DNA from: a plasmid
Length of the DNA stretch: 64,000 bases
Sequence record: NZ_CP024444.1
Strand: one strand, 5' to 3'
Part shown: piece after piece, positions 21,729-31,654 of the stretch
Layout of the letters: each line of letters begins with the position of its first letter
How positions within the stretch are numbered: the stretch's first letter is position 1
The notes under the pieces: generated by a model
Databases searched by the model: none
Told to the model about the DNA's origin: nothing
Seen by the model: only the letters and a program-made list of their open reading frames with translations
Translations under genes and position numbers: made by a program

Positions 21729-22710
21729 ACCCCACTCTCAACACTTTTAGAGGGGGTTGAAACAAAAAAGGCATGAACTTAAACTTTAATCAATGACCAA
21801 AAAGATTAGAGGATAAGCCATGCCCATTGATGAATTTATCATTAAAATCTATCTAATGGTAGATGACTACTACAAAAAGATTGTAACAAACCGGCTAAGA
21901 CAAGGCGGATATGCACCAAAGCTAACCGACAGTGAAATTATCACCATGGAGATAGTGGGTGAGTTTTTACAGATGGACACCGATTCACAAATCCATCAGT
22001 ATTTTAAACAGCATTGGCAAACATGGTTTCCACAAATAGGCTCATATCCCAACTTTGCCAAGCAGTGCGTCAATTTGTTACAGGTAAAAACTTTGATACA
22101 ACAGCATATCGTTAAACAGCATGGGCAAGACAACATTCATTTTATTGATGGCTTTCCCATTCCGGTGTGTCAATATGCCAGAGCCTATCGGCATAAAACC
22201 TTCGAATATGAAGGTAGCTATAGTTACTGTGCCTCAAAGCAACAAAAATATTTTGGCTTTGAAGGACATTTACTCATTAATCTATCGGGCATGATAACCA
22301 ATTTTACCTTTGCCTCTGCTAAGATAGATGAAAGGCTTGTTGCACCTGATATGCTTGATAATATCAAAGGCTTGTTAGGTGCAGATATGGGCTATATTAG
22401 CCCTGATTTATCTGAGTATTGCTTTAAGCGATGTGTTGATTTGCAAACACCGCTTAGAAAAAATATGCCCGATAAACGACCAATCAGTGTACTTAATCGT
22501 CTTAAAAATTCTCGTCGCAATATTGAGACGGTGATTGGTCAGTTATCACAGCGGTTTAATATGCAAAAGGTGAGAGCGAGAGATTTATGGCATTTATCCC
22601 ACAGATTTATGCGTAAAATCTTGGCTCATAACGTTTGCTTTGTGATCAATAAACAGTTAGGTAATCCCCCACTTCAGTTTGAGTTGCTTATTTCAAGTTG
22701 AGAGTGGGGT
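21729..22710 (+). mobile_element. IS982-family insertion sequence, copy 2 (direct orientation relative to copy 1)
   Basis: It has the same inverted repeats (ACCCCACTCTCAAC ... GTTGAGAGTGGGGT) and transposase as copy 1. Confidence 0.75.
21820..22701 (+). CDS. IS982-family DDE transposase
   Basis: 293 aa and near-identical to the transposase at 4588-5469. Confidence 0.75.
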   Translation: MPIDEFIIKIYLMVDDYYKKIVTNRLRQGGYAPKLTDSEIITMEIVGEFLQMDTDSQIHQYFKQHWQTWFPQIGSYPNFAKQCVNLLQVKTLIQQHIVKQHGQDNIHFIDGFPIPVCQYARAYRHKTFEYEGSYSYCASKQQKYFGFEGHLLINLSGMITNFTFASAKIDERLVAPDMLDNIKGLLGADMGYISPDLSEYCFKRCVDLQTPLRKNMPDKRPISVLNRLKNSRRNIETVIGQLSQRFNMQKVRARDLWHLSHRFMRKILAHNVCFVINKQLGNPPLQFELLISS

Positions 22711-22906
22711 ATTAAATAGAAAAAATAAAGAAACTCTAAAATATTGGTAAAATTAAAAACCTAAACCTAGTCTTTCATCTTTATTACCAAAACAACCCAC
22801 ATCTAATTATTATCCAAACCCCATATATCACGTCATGCAATCGCTAAAATTTGGTTTGGTCTAATGGCTAATGTGATTAATTTATAGAGGCTTTTTTAAA
22901 TTTATT

Positions 22907-23550
22907 TACGCTCAAATCGGTTTTTATACGTTATTTGCCATTTTCTTACGCTCAAATCGGTTTTTATACGTTATTTGCCATTTTCTTACGCTCAAATCGG
23001 TTTTTATACGTTATTTGCCATTTTCTTACGCTCAAACCCATTTTTATACGTTATTTGCCGTTTTCTTACGCTCAAACCCATTTTTATACGTTATTTGCCG
23101 TTTTCTTACGCTCAAACCCATTTTTATACGTTATTTACCATTTTCTTACGCTCAAACCCATTTTTATACGTTATTTACCATTTTCTTACGCTCAAACCCA
23201 TTTTTATACGTTATTTGCCATTTTCTTACGCTCAAACCCATTTTTATACGTTATTTACCATTTTCTTACGCTCAAACCCATTTTTATACGTTATTTGCCA
23301 TTTTCTTACGCTCAAACCCATTTTTATACGTTATTTACCATTTTCTTACGCTCAAACCCATTTTTATACGTTATTTGCCATTTTCTTACGCTCAAACCCA
23401 TTTTTATACGTTATTTGCCGTTTTCTTACGCTCAAACCCATTTTTATACGTTATTTGCCATTTTCTTACGCTCAAATCGGTTTTTATACGTTATTTACCG
23501 TTTTCTTACGCTCAAACCCATTTTTATACGTTATTTGCCGTTTTCTTACG
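22907..23550. repeat. tandem array of about 16 copies of a 40-bp repeat (TTACGCTCAAAYCSRTTTTTATACGTTATTTRCCRTTTTC)
   Basis: Direct reading shows perfect head-to-tail 40-bp periodicity with a few variant positions (ATCGG/ACCCA, GCCA/GCCG/ACCA) and no intervening unique sequence. The three long ORFs in the track here are artefacts of translating the repeat. Confidence 0.9.
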
Positions 23551-24021
23551 TTCTTGAAGGACTTAATCATATCTCTATATTTTCATCCAAGTTTTCATGT
23601 ATCTTGGCGTTGAATTCGCTTAAAGGAAGTTTTCTGTTTCTAGCTTATGAAGTTCTCGCCTTTCTTACCAAAACATACTGAATTTTTTTATTAATAGCTA
23701 ATGTCAGATGCGCTCTAAGCTCGATGGTTGGGCAATCTTCACTTGAAATGTCATTAATGCTTTTTAAAATTTCAGTTTTTTAAAAATAGGTTCTGACAAT
23801 AACTGCTTCATCCCAAAAATTTAATAAGAATTTCTTGAGTAACGGGAGATAGACAATTTTTTATCACGGTTTGCGCCGCTTCTGCCCTATATGTAATGCC
23901 CTATATTTAACTTTTGAAATAGCGATAGCTTGATTTAGGTTTTGTCCAGCCAAAAACCGCAGGACTTTTATTCTGTCGCCTTATGGCGACAACGATTCGG
24001 GTTTTTGGGCTGTTGGGCTAA

Positions 24022-24333
24022 TTAAGGTTTATTGCTTTCCTTATTTTTCACTTTTTCGCGATTGGCTTTTATCCTATCAACCGATTTTTTAGTTTCATTA
24101 TCAAGTTGTGGTGCGGTGTTACCAACGGTTTGTAAATCAACTTTTAGTCGAATATTTTGGATATGTCGCTCTCGATTTTGGTTTTGTACATCGGCTTGAT
24201 GAAAAAATGCTTGGATAAAAAGCAAGGTCAAGCTAAAGACAAAAGCAAAAAGAAAGATACCGTTACGGACTTCTTTTAGTGTGCCTTTGGCTTTGTCGCC
24301 AATTTCTAACTTAAAGTTATTTGATAGTTTCAT
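24022..24333 (-). CDS. small single-TM membrane protein (last unit of the array)
   Basis: 103 aa, preceded by a degenerate copy of the conserved promoter/leader module at 24340-24480. Confidence 0.5.
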   Translation of the reverse strand: MKLSNNFKLEIGDKAKGTLKEVRNGIFLFAFVFSLTLLFIQAFFHQADVQNQNRERHIQNIRLKVDLQTVGNTAPQLDNETKKSVDRIKANREKVKNKESNKP

Positions 24334-24731
24334 AATGTTTTACCTTTTTGGAAGTAGAAATGTGATTGAGCCTATCTCGAAATCACCTGCTTATAATAAC
24401 GGTTTTAGCGTGTATTGTCAAGCGGTTTAACCGTTTTTTTCATGTAAAGAAAAGTAACCAAACATAGGCTGTGCCTAGCTTTTAGCCTATTTTGACTACC
24501 AAAAAATGCGTTACAATTTTCCCCATATTTAAGGTTTTTCTAAACCCATTTCACCCTGTATGTAATGGCTTTTCAAACCACTGTTCACCCTATAATTAAA
24601 GGCTTTTCTTGAATTAGCGATAGCTTGATTTAGATTTATCCGCACCCAAAAAAATGCCCAAGCAATCGCAAGGGCAAAGTTGACATTCGGGGAATGGGTA
24701 GGCAATCACGCCTACCGTTTTCATTTGGGGG

Positions 24732-25049
24732 TTACTGGTAGTAATTGTAGCAATCGCCAAGCAGTTTCATAAAGTCGTCACGACGGTTTTCCATTTCGGT
24801 TTCCACATCGTCAAATTTACCATCTTCGTTACATTCTTCATCCACGTAAAGGCTCACATCATCATCTAACATCAGGTAGCGTAAACCCTCAATGACAATG
24901 AAGTTACCTATGGCACGTACTGGGTAGCCATAGTGTACCCATGATGCAGTGAATTGTTCGGTGTCGCTGTCAAAACTGATATTTGGGCTAACCTTAAGAA
25001 TATCGTTAACAACTTCTTGGGCTTTGGTGTTATTGGTAGTGGTAGTCAT
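24732..25049 (-). CDS. small acidic hypothetical protein
   Basis: 105 aa and highly acidic (D/E-rich). The conserved module lies upstream at 25050-25200. Confidence 0.5.
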   Translation of the reverse strand: MTTTTNNTKAQEVVNDILKVSPNISFDSDTEQFTASWVHYGYPVRAIGNFIVIEGLRYLMLDDDVSLYVDEECNEDGKFDDVETEMENRRDDFMKLLGDCYNYYQ

Positions 25050-25210
25050 AATTTCGTTCCTTGTGGTTGGTATGGTTTCGAGCCTTTCTCGTTTCCATGT
25101 GCTTATTATGACGGTTTAACCGTTTATAGTCAAGCGGTTTAACCGTGTTTTACCCATTTTCCGACGAACGGTAAAACCGTTTTCGACCACATTTCAGACA
25201 TTTATCCCTC

Positions 25211-25500
25211 TATTTAAAAAACCATGACCACGGCTTTTGGTGGTAATGGTTGCAATCTTTTCAGGCAATCATTCCCACGGCTTTTGGTGGGTATGAGGCC
25301 CTCTTGTCTTAGCTCGGATAGTCAAGGCTGGCAAGTATGAAATGCAGGCAATCGCCTACGGATCATGCGGCTTGATGACTTATCGCGTTAGCAGGAAGTC
25401 AGTAAGACCATGAAGCCGTCAGCGAGTGACAAGAGTAATACTGCCAAGACTGACGTTGCTGGCGTCTTTTTGCCAGCAATCCGCCAAAGTCTTTATCAGT
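25211..25500. repeat. 290-bp GC-rich repeated element, copy 1 (candidate structured ssDNA/RNA element)
   Basis: It is about 97% identical to 27968-28258, non-coding, and contains internal direct repeats (CACCAAAAGCCGTGG twice) and the hairpin GCTGGCgtctttttGCCAGC. Confidence 0.6.
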
Positions 25501-25524
25501 TAAAAAACTAACCTTTGCGCAAAT

Positions 25525-26001
25525 TTATGAATTATCTAAAGTAGCTTTATTGGCTAATAACCGAATTAAATCTTTTAACTCATAATCTTTGTGAGCAATA
25601 GCACCAACCTTAATTAACCCATTCTCAATATGGTATAAATCATAAACAATAGCGTCTGATACCAAAACGGGTTGTTCATCAGGTACATTAATATCAATTA
25701 ATCGGATAACAGGTTCGCTATCATCATCCACGCCAGCCGAACCAAAACGTTCTGCACTCACAATAAAAGAAACATCGAAACCATCTAGCCAAAGTTCAAA
25801 TAAAAGACTTGCCGGGATATCACGACTACCTTTTTCATAATTGGCATACGTGGATTGGGCAATCGCTAATCGCTCATAAACAGATTTAGCCGTATAACCT
25901 AACCTTAACCGTTCTTGCTTTAATCGCTCACCGATAAACTTGAACGGATATTTTTTAAATTCAGCATCAATCTTTGCCATAAGTTGTTCTTGGGGGTTCA
26001 T
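25525..26001 (-). CDS. XRE-family (Cro/CI-type HTH) transcriptional regulator
   Basis: 158 aa with an N-terminal HTH (IGERLKQERLRLGYTAKSVYERLAIAQSTYANYEKG). Its own upstream region lacks the conserved promoter module but keeps the TAGCGATAGCTTGATATAG motif. Confidence 0.65.
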   Translation of the reverse strand: MNPQEQLMAKIDAEFKKYPFKFIGERLKQERLRLGYTAKSVYERLAIAQSTYANYEKGSRDIPASLLFELWLDGFDVSFIVSAERFGSAGVDDDSEPVIRLIDINVPDEQPVLVSDAIVYDLYHIENGLIKVGAIAHKDYELKDLIRLLANKATLDNS

Positions 26002-26153
26002 GAGTAAATCCTATGTACCAGTATAAGTATAGTCATATAAAATGCATTAAATATAGCCATTTGACCACATGTTGTCTATCACAACGATAGCATCCATAAG
26101 TAACATTTGTATTAGCGATAGCTTGATATAGTCCATCACGCCAAATTTTTGGA

Positions 26154-26193
26154 AAAAAACCCAACCAATTTTTTGGCTGGGCGTTGGGTTTGA
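26154..26193 (-). terminator. rho-independent terminator after unit 26247-26609
   Basis: On the minus strand a GC stem (CCCAACGCCCAGCC...GGTTGGG) is followed by a T7 run. Confidence 0.5.
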
Positions 26194-26246
26194 CTGGGTG
26201 ACTGGACGACCAACCTTACCGCATTGGGTAAGGTGGTTTTGCGTGA

Positions 26247-26609
26247 TTATAAAGCAAAGTCTTCGTCTTTGTTTTCGTCTTCAGTGTCTTCCGAGCGATA
26301 GGCTAGACGTAACTGCTGGAAGTAGTTAACCGTATCATAGCCCATACTATCGCGTGACTCACCAAGTACGATGACTTCCATGTAAGCGTCGTGAGCGTCT
26401 TTTGGCAGCTCTTCTTTGATGGTATCAGCTAACCAAAACAGCATAGCGTTATGGTAGCAACCTTCACATACCAAACCTAGACAGTGTGAGCCATACATGC
26501 CACGTCCTGAATACGTGCGAATACGGATATCACCAAAGTCTGACTCAAAGCGTTCTTTGCGTTTTACTAGGGCATCAAATAGTTGGTTGGTTAATTCTTC
26601 AGTAATCAT
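26247..26609 (-). CDS. hypothetical protein (Cys-containing, acidic C-terminus)
   Basis: 120 aa with the conserved module upstream (26620-26760) and a terminator downstream. Confidence 0.5.
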   Translation of the reverse strand: MITEELTNQLFDALVKRKERFESDFGDIRIRTYSGRGMYGSHCLGLVCEGCYHNAMLFWLADTIKEELPKDAHDAYMEVIVLGESRDSMGYDTVNYFQQLRLAYRSEDTEDENKDEDFAL

Positions 26610-26902
26610 AATCTCGTTCCTTTTGGTTGGGTGATGGTAGCGAGCCTATCTCGTTTCCATGTGCTTATAATAACGCTTTAACCGTGTATAATCAAGCGGT
26701 TTTAGCGTTTATTTAAGGGTTTTCCGACGAACGGTAAAACCGTTTATTTCGCAGTTTGCCGGGCGAACACCCCTATAATTGATGGCTTTTCATCTTTGTA
26801 TTAGCGATAACTTGATATAGTGCATCACGCCCACCCAACCGATGGCGATGCATGGACGAAAAAACCTAGTCACTTCTGACTAGGCTTTATGCATCCGGCT
26901 TG

Positions 26903-27799
26903 TTAAGCGGCTATGGGTTGTTTCTTCTGCGACCAATTTTCTAAGATGTAATTAACTGCTTTTTGGGCGTCCGCTGAAGCTTTGAAGATGGCGCGTTTGT
27001 CAGCTTTTAGCACTTGTAACCATGATTTTAAATAGCTTGCATGGTTGGTTAGTGTGGTTTCTAAGCATCCCATTTCAGCGCATAAAAAGCTTGCGCCTAG
27101 TTCTGCTACAAGTTCCTCCCGAGCGTATGCGGTATCACCGAATTTTTTACCGTATTGGCGGTTTAATCGTTTTTCTGCACCCGTGCTGTGGACTAGCTCA
27201 TGTCCAAGCGTCGCAAACTGTTCATCTAGGTTTACAAAGTCGCTTGCATTCGGCATGCATATCGTATCGATGTAGGGTTTATAACAAGCTGAATTGTAAC
27301 CGTATTCAATTTTTACGTCGGTATTTGCAAAGATGGTTTTTGCGGTTTCATTCTCTGCAATGGGTGTTAACGTTTCGTCTTCATCAGGGGTGATTGCGCT
27401 AATATCGCCATCCATTTGGCTAATGTTAAACACACAAAAACTATTTAAAAATGGGATGGTTTCGATGTCACCCTCTTTGTTTTCTTTCTCAATGACATTG
27501 TAATATGCTAGGCGTACCGATTTTGCACCTTTTTTAACCTGTAAGTTTTTGGCTTGGGCTTGCTTGTAGGTCATCCATACATTGTATTTATAATCGCTGT
27601 TAATCATGGCTTTGGCTAAGATTAGACGATTAACGCCTTTGTAGAGTTCACCTGTTGAGCCATTGACGCCACCGAAAATGTTGGTAACCGGACGGGTTTT
27701 CCAGCCTTTTTTCCATTGTGGTAAATCAGTTTCAAGAAGTTCAATCATTGCATTGGTTACTTCTTGGTACATATCGATTTTAGTAGCTGATTTTGTCAT
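26903..27799 (-). CDS. ardC: ArdC-like antirestriction protein (N-terminal ssDNA-binding domain plus zincin-like metalloprotease domain)
   Basis: N-terminus MTKSATKIDMYQEVTNAMIELLETDLPQWKKGW and the HExxH motif (LGHELVHSTGAE) match ArdC. The true start is the ATG at 27797-27799, which follows an AAAAGGA RBS. The ORF track extends upstream through the leader. Confidence 0.8.
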   Translation of the reverse strand: MTKSATKIDMYQEVTNAMIELLETDLPQWKKGWKTRPVTNIFGGVNGSTGELYKGVNRLILAKAMINSDYKYNVWMTYKQAQAKNLQVKKGAKSVRLAYYNVIEKENKEGDIETIPFLNSFCVFNISQMDGDISAITPDEDETLTPIAENETAKTIFANTDVKIEYGYNSACYKPYIDTICMPNASDFVNLDEQFATLGHELVHSTGAEKRLNRQYGKKFGDTAYAREELVAELGASFLCAEMGCLETTLTNHASYLKSWLQVLKADKRAIFKASADAQKAVNYILENWSQKKQPIAA

Positions 27800-27967
27800 G
27801 ATGTCGTTTCCTTTTGGTTGGGTGTTGGAATTGAGCCTATCTCGTTTCCATGTGTTTATAATAACGGTTTTAGCGTGTATAGTCAAGCGGTTTAACCGTG
27901 TATTTTATGCATTTTCCGACGAACGGTAAAACCGTGTATCTTCAGATGCCGGACACACAACCCAATA

Positions 27968-28258
27968 ATTAACAACCATGACCACGGCTTTTGGTGGTGA
28001 TGGTTGCAAGCTTTTCAGGCAATCATTCCCACGGCTTTTGGTGGGTATGAGGCCCTCTTGTCTTAGCTCGGATAGTCAAGGCTGGCAAGTATGAAACGCA
28101 GGCAATCGCCTACGGATCATGCGGCTTGATGACTTATCGCGTTAGCAGGAAGTCAGCAAGACCATGAAGCCGTCAGCGAGTGACAAGAGTAATACTGCCA
28201 AGACTGACGTTGCTGGCGTCTTTTTGCCAGCAATCCGCCAAAGTCTTTATCAGTTTAA
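27968..28258. repeat. 290-bp GC-rich repeated element, copy 2
   Basis: Near-identical to 25211-25500. It is followed by about 700 bp without a convincing ORF (28260-28945). Confidence 0.6.
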
Positions 28259-28901
28259 TCACCACGGCTTACCAACTAACCAATAACACCAACTAACCTA
28301 ACATCTTGCCCATCCATAAAATCCACATCAGCCTAAAACACCACAATAGACACCACCATGGCAAAACCTTATGCTAGAACCATAATAGCCTCTACTGCAT
28401 TAAGTATATATGCACTAACAAAGGTGACTTACCGGGTAACCACTTATGGCTAGTACATCACGCCAATATCAACCTATCATCGATACCAAACTCACCAAGC
28501 TTGGGCTAAAAAGTCAGGTAAACCAGTTCATTAAACTAACTGCCATAATCATGGTAATGCCAACAGTGATAGCAAATTATCTCGTCACACTGCTAACTAT
28601 TCATAAAAAAGCGAATCGATTAAGACTGCAGGCGCAATTGCCGATACCGACGTTAAAGCAGGCTTATCTTCTGCTTATCAAAGCAAACGACGTGTAAACC
28701 TGACAAGGTCTTAACCGTACTATAAAAGCACCTAAATAGCCTACCTGACTAAAGCCGTTGTATGGGGGTATCTATAAGTAACGGCTACGAGCAATAGATT
28801 ATCCAATCAATGCCTAAGCCAGTTAACTTCCACTTTGTTTTAGCGATAACTTGATGTAGGCTGCCAAACCACACGCCAGTCTTGCCATTAACCGCTGCCC
28901 A

Positions 28902-28928
28902 TAAAAAACCCTAGTGCGATGACTAGGG
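28902..28928 (-). terminator. rho-independent terminator after unit 28948-29334
   Basis: On the minus strand CCCTAGTCATCGCACTAGGG is followed by TTTTTT. Confidence 0.55.
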
Positions 28929-28947
28929 CTATTGGGTGGTAAGTGGG

Positions 28948-29334
28948 TTAACCTGTAAAGTTAAAGTAGTGAAAGCTTGCGCGTGTACCGTTACCTGTTA
29001 AGCCATCAGATAAGATACCATACAAACGGTATAGCACATCATGCACTGCATCCGAGCCACAGCTGCGTATCACTAGGTTACCGTTTCTATTCATACGCTC
29101 ACCAAGCACCTTATGAAGAATTGGCGTGATGTTCATAAATTTATTGTCTTTGACCAAACCAAAGCGGATTTGGTGGGTGTAACCGCTTGCTGATACATGG
29201 GCTTCATTAGCAACCACATCGACGGTGTGGCGGTTATTCCACATGTATTCAAGCACTTCGCCCATGTCGTTATCGACAGATGGGTTATCTTGCATCAGGG
29301 TAATGATATTTGGGTTTTGAATAGATGTTGTCAT
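28948..29334 (-). CDS. hypothetical protein
   Basis: 128 aa with the module upstream (29340-29470). Confidence 0.5.
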   Translation of the reverse strand: MTTSIQNPNIITLMQDNPSVDNDMGEVLEYMWNNRHTVDVVANEAHVSASGYTHQIRFGLVKDNKFMNITPILHKVLGERMNRNGNLVIRSCGSDAVHDVLYRLYGILSDGLTGNGTRASFHYFNFTG

Positions 29335-29624
29335 ACGTGTTTATCCTTTTGGTTGGGGTTGGTTGCGAGCCTATCTCGTTTCCATGTGCTAATAATAACG
29401 CTTTTAGCGTGTTTAATCAAGCGGTTTAACCGTGTTTATTGGTATTTTCAGATGAACGGTAACCGAAAAATGCCGACCCTACCCACCCATAAGTACGACC
29501 CATTTGCACTAGCCATCACTTGAAAATAGCACCAATCATGCCTGCCAGCTGTGCCCATCAACCACGCCAGTCAACAATAAAAAAACCTGTCGTCTGACAG
29601 GTCTTAGTAAGTGTGGGGGTGGCA

Positions 29625-30557
29625 TTAGGCGCGTGAGAGTAAAGCTGGTGTGTTTTGCTCAAATGGCGTCACGATGTAGCTAACGTTGCCATTAAAATCA
29701 GCACTACCAATGCATGATAACGGCTTACCAATGAAATTGTCTTTAATCGGTCTGCCTTTGGCGTCACTGGTAACCGCCTGTACCAATAAGATGGTATCAA
29801 AGTTTTCGCTATTCATGCCAAGCTTGACCACTTGGTAGAACAGTTTGGCATCGGGTTTGCTAGTTGAGCTTGCCTGTAAAAAATCACCGACCTTTAATTG
29901 CTCGTTGTATTGGTTTTCTACCATATCCAAGCTTAGGGTGAGCTGCTTGTAAACTTCAATCAAGGCTTCAAACAAGTCAGCCGGGTTATCAAAATGGCAA
30001 GCACTGCTTTGGTTAAATACGGCAATACCGATAGGGCGTTTACCGTCATAAGCCACAATCATCATGATACTAGCGTTCAAGTAGCTTAAAATTACATCGG
30101 TCCAGGTGGCGTTGAATTTTTCTTTGACCAGTGCGCGACGTCCCTGTACCAATTGATTGCTTTCAAAGTTGTTGCGTGACTCGTTATCGTCGACGACAAG
30201 TTTACCCTTTGGGCTTAATTGGTTGTAGGCAACTTGGGCTTGCTTGATGGTAAATTGGTCAATGTATTTGACATACTGACTAATTTCTTCAATGGTGGTT
30301 ATCATGTCAGGATAAAACAAGGTATTTAGGTTTTTAAGCGGCTGCCCGGTGGGTACGTGCATCTTAGACTGGTTGTCGTGCGTTCTAATCACAGTAAAAG
30401 GTGGGGTCAGTAGTGTGCCTTTGCTGTGGATTTTGCCGTCATCATTGACCAGCGCATTGTGCCCAGCTTTGCTTTCAGCCATCCAGCTGCCCAGCATCAG
30501 CTTATGATTTTTACTGTATTTGAAGTTATCAATAATAGCGATTAGGGTGTTTTTCAT
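29625..30557 (-). CDS. family B paralog (unknown function; motifs GTLLTPPFT, IMxxFA, QVGD, IRCIAxD)
   Basis: 310 aa. It shares conserved blocks with 31896-32939, 33051-34037, 36738-37736, 38502-39515 and 44536-45495. Confidence 0.55.
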   Translation of the reverse strand: MKNTLIAIIDNFKYSKNHKLMLGSWMAESKAGHNALVNDDGKIHSKGTLLTPPFTVIRTHDNQSKMHVPTGQPLKNLNTLFYPDMITTIEEISQYVKYIDQFTIKQAQVAYNQLSPKGKLVVDDNESRNNFESNQLVQGRRALVKEKFNATWTDVILSYLNASIMMIVAYDGKRPIGIAVFNQSSACHFDNPADLFEALIEVYKQLTLSLDMVENQYNEQLKVGDFLQASSTSKPDAKLFYQVVKLGMNSENFDTILLVQAVTSDAKGRPIKDNFIGKPLSCIGSADFNGNVSYIVTPFEQNTPALLSRA

Positions 30558-30848
30558 GATGGTTATCCTTTTGGTTGGGGTTATGGTGTCGAGCCTATCT
30601 CGTTTCCATGTACTTATAATAACGCTTTAACCGTGTATAGTCAAGCGGTTTAACCGTTTATATACAAGCTATTCGACGGATGGCTGGCGCAGGCGCGATG
30701 TGTGTTAACCCACACTCCCCCATACATAAGCTCTTATAGCACTAGCTATCGCTTGAATTAGATCAGCTCGCCTGTCCAATACCCACCGATGCGATGGGCA
30801 TAAAAAAACTTGCTAGGGTTAACTAGCAAGTCTGTTGTTTGGGTGGGC

Positions 30849-31607
30849 TTATGCTAAGGGACGTTTTTTGCTCTTGGATTTATCATTTTTACGGCATTCA
30901 TTTAATGCCACAAAACTTTTAGCAAGGGTTAGGATGCCTTCTTTATATACTTTCCAAAAATCTAAGGCATCGAATTCCATTCGGGCTATCTCGCTACTGC
31001 TAAAATTTTCCCATTCTTCGATGGTGTGGCATTTACAGCCGATACGGATTTTGTCATTCATCAAGCTGATAAACCACTGATAATCATATAAACACAATAC
31101 CGGATAAGGTAGCTTGGCGAAGGTGATATTTGCACCACGAAAAATGGCTTGTTCAATGTCGCATTGGGTGAAGTCGGTTTGTTTCAATGATGCGTTGGTA
31201 AAGTTGGTATTAATGGTATTGGCATTGGTAAAAATTGAGCAATCAAGGTTACAGCCATCAAGATGGGTTAATTCTAGGTTGCTATCCGTAAAGTTACAAT
31301 TGCTAAGGTTGGCTTGATAAAAATAAGCTTGGCGTAAATCTGCGTTGGTAAAATTTACCCGACGTCCTTTTACATTGGTCATGTTGGTTTGGCATAAGTT
31401 AGCATTTTCAAAATTGGCATTGCTGATATCGCAGTTAATAAGGCTTGCACCGAATAAATTTGCACCGCTTAGGTTTGCACCTGTTAAATCAAACCCTTTT
31501 AAGTCCATGTCTTTTAAGTCGATGTTGCGTAAGTCGGCTTTAACTAGGGTGTCTAAATCAAGTGTGATAGTCGATTTGTTGTATACATGCTTGATGGTGA
31601 TAGCCAT
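30849..31607 (-). CDS. pentapeptide-repeat protein with conserved C-terminal RIGCxCH domain
   Basis: 252 aa with tandem A(D/N)LxX pentapeptides (ANLSGANLFGASLINCDISNANFENANL...) and the C-terminus ...WFISLMNDKIRIGCKCHTIEEW. Confidence 0.75.
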   Translation of the reverse strand: MAITIKHVYNKSTITLDLDTLVKADLRNIDLKDMDLKGFDLTGANLSGANLFGASLINCDISNANFENANLCQTNMTNVKGRRVNFTNADLRQAYFYQANLSNCNFTDSNLELTHLDGCNLDCSIFTNANTINTNFTNASLKQTDFTQCDIEQAIFRGANITFAKLPYPVLCLYDYQWFISLMNDKIRIGCKCHTIEEWENFSSSEIARMEFDALDFWKVYKEGILTLAKSFVALNECRKNDKSKSKKRPLA

Positions 31608-31654
31608 GAGAGTATTCCTTTTGGTTGGGTGATGGTAGCGAGCCTATCTCGTTT

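Noticed and set aside
22907-23681. Three overlapping plus-strand ORFs of 180-248 aa (22935-23681, 22975-23613, 23015-23557) and a CRISPR-like appearance of the region
   Set aside because: They translate a perfect 40-bp tandem repeat in all three frames, because 40 is not a multiple of 3. There are no unique spacers between repeats, so this is neither coding nor CRISPR.
28446-28697. 83-aa plus-strand hydrophobic ORF in the non-coding gap after the second 290-bp element
   Set aside because: It is on the opposite strand to every other gene in the array and has no convincing RBS or promoter. The gap is more likely regulatory or structured DNA.
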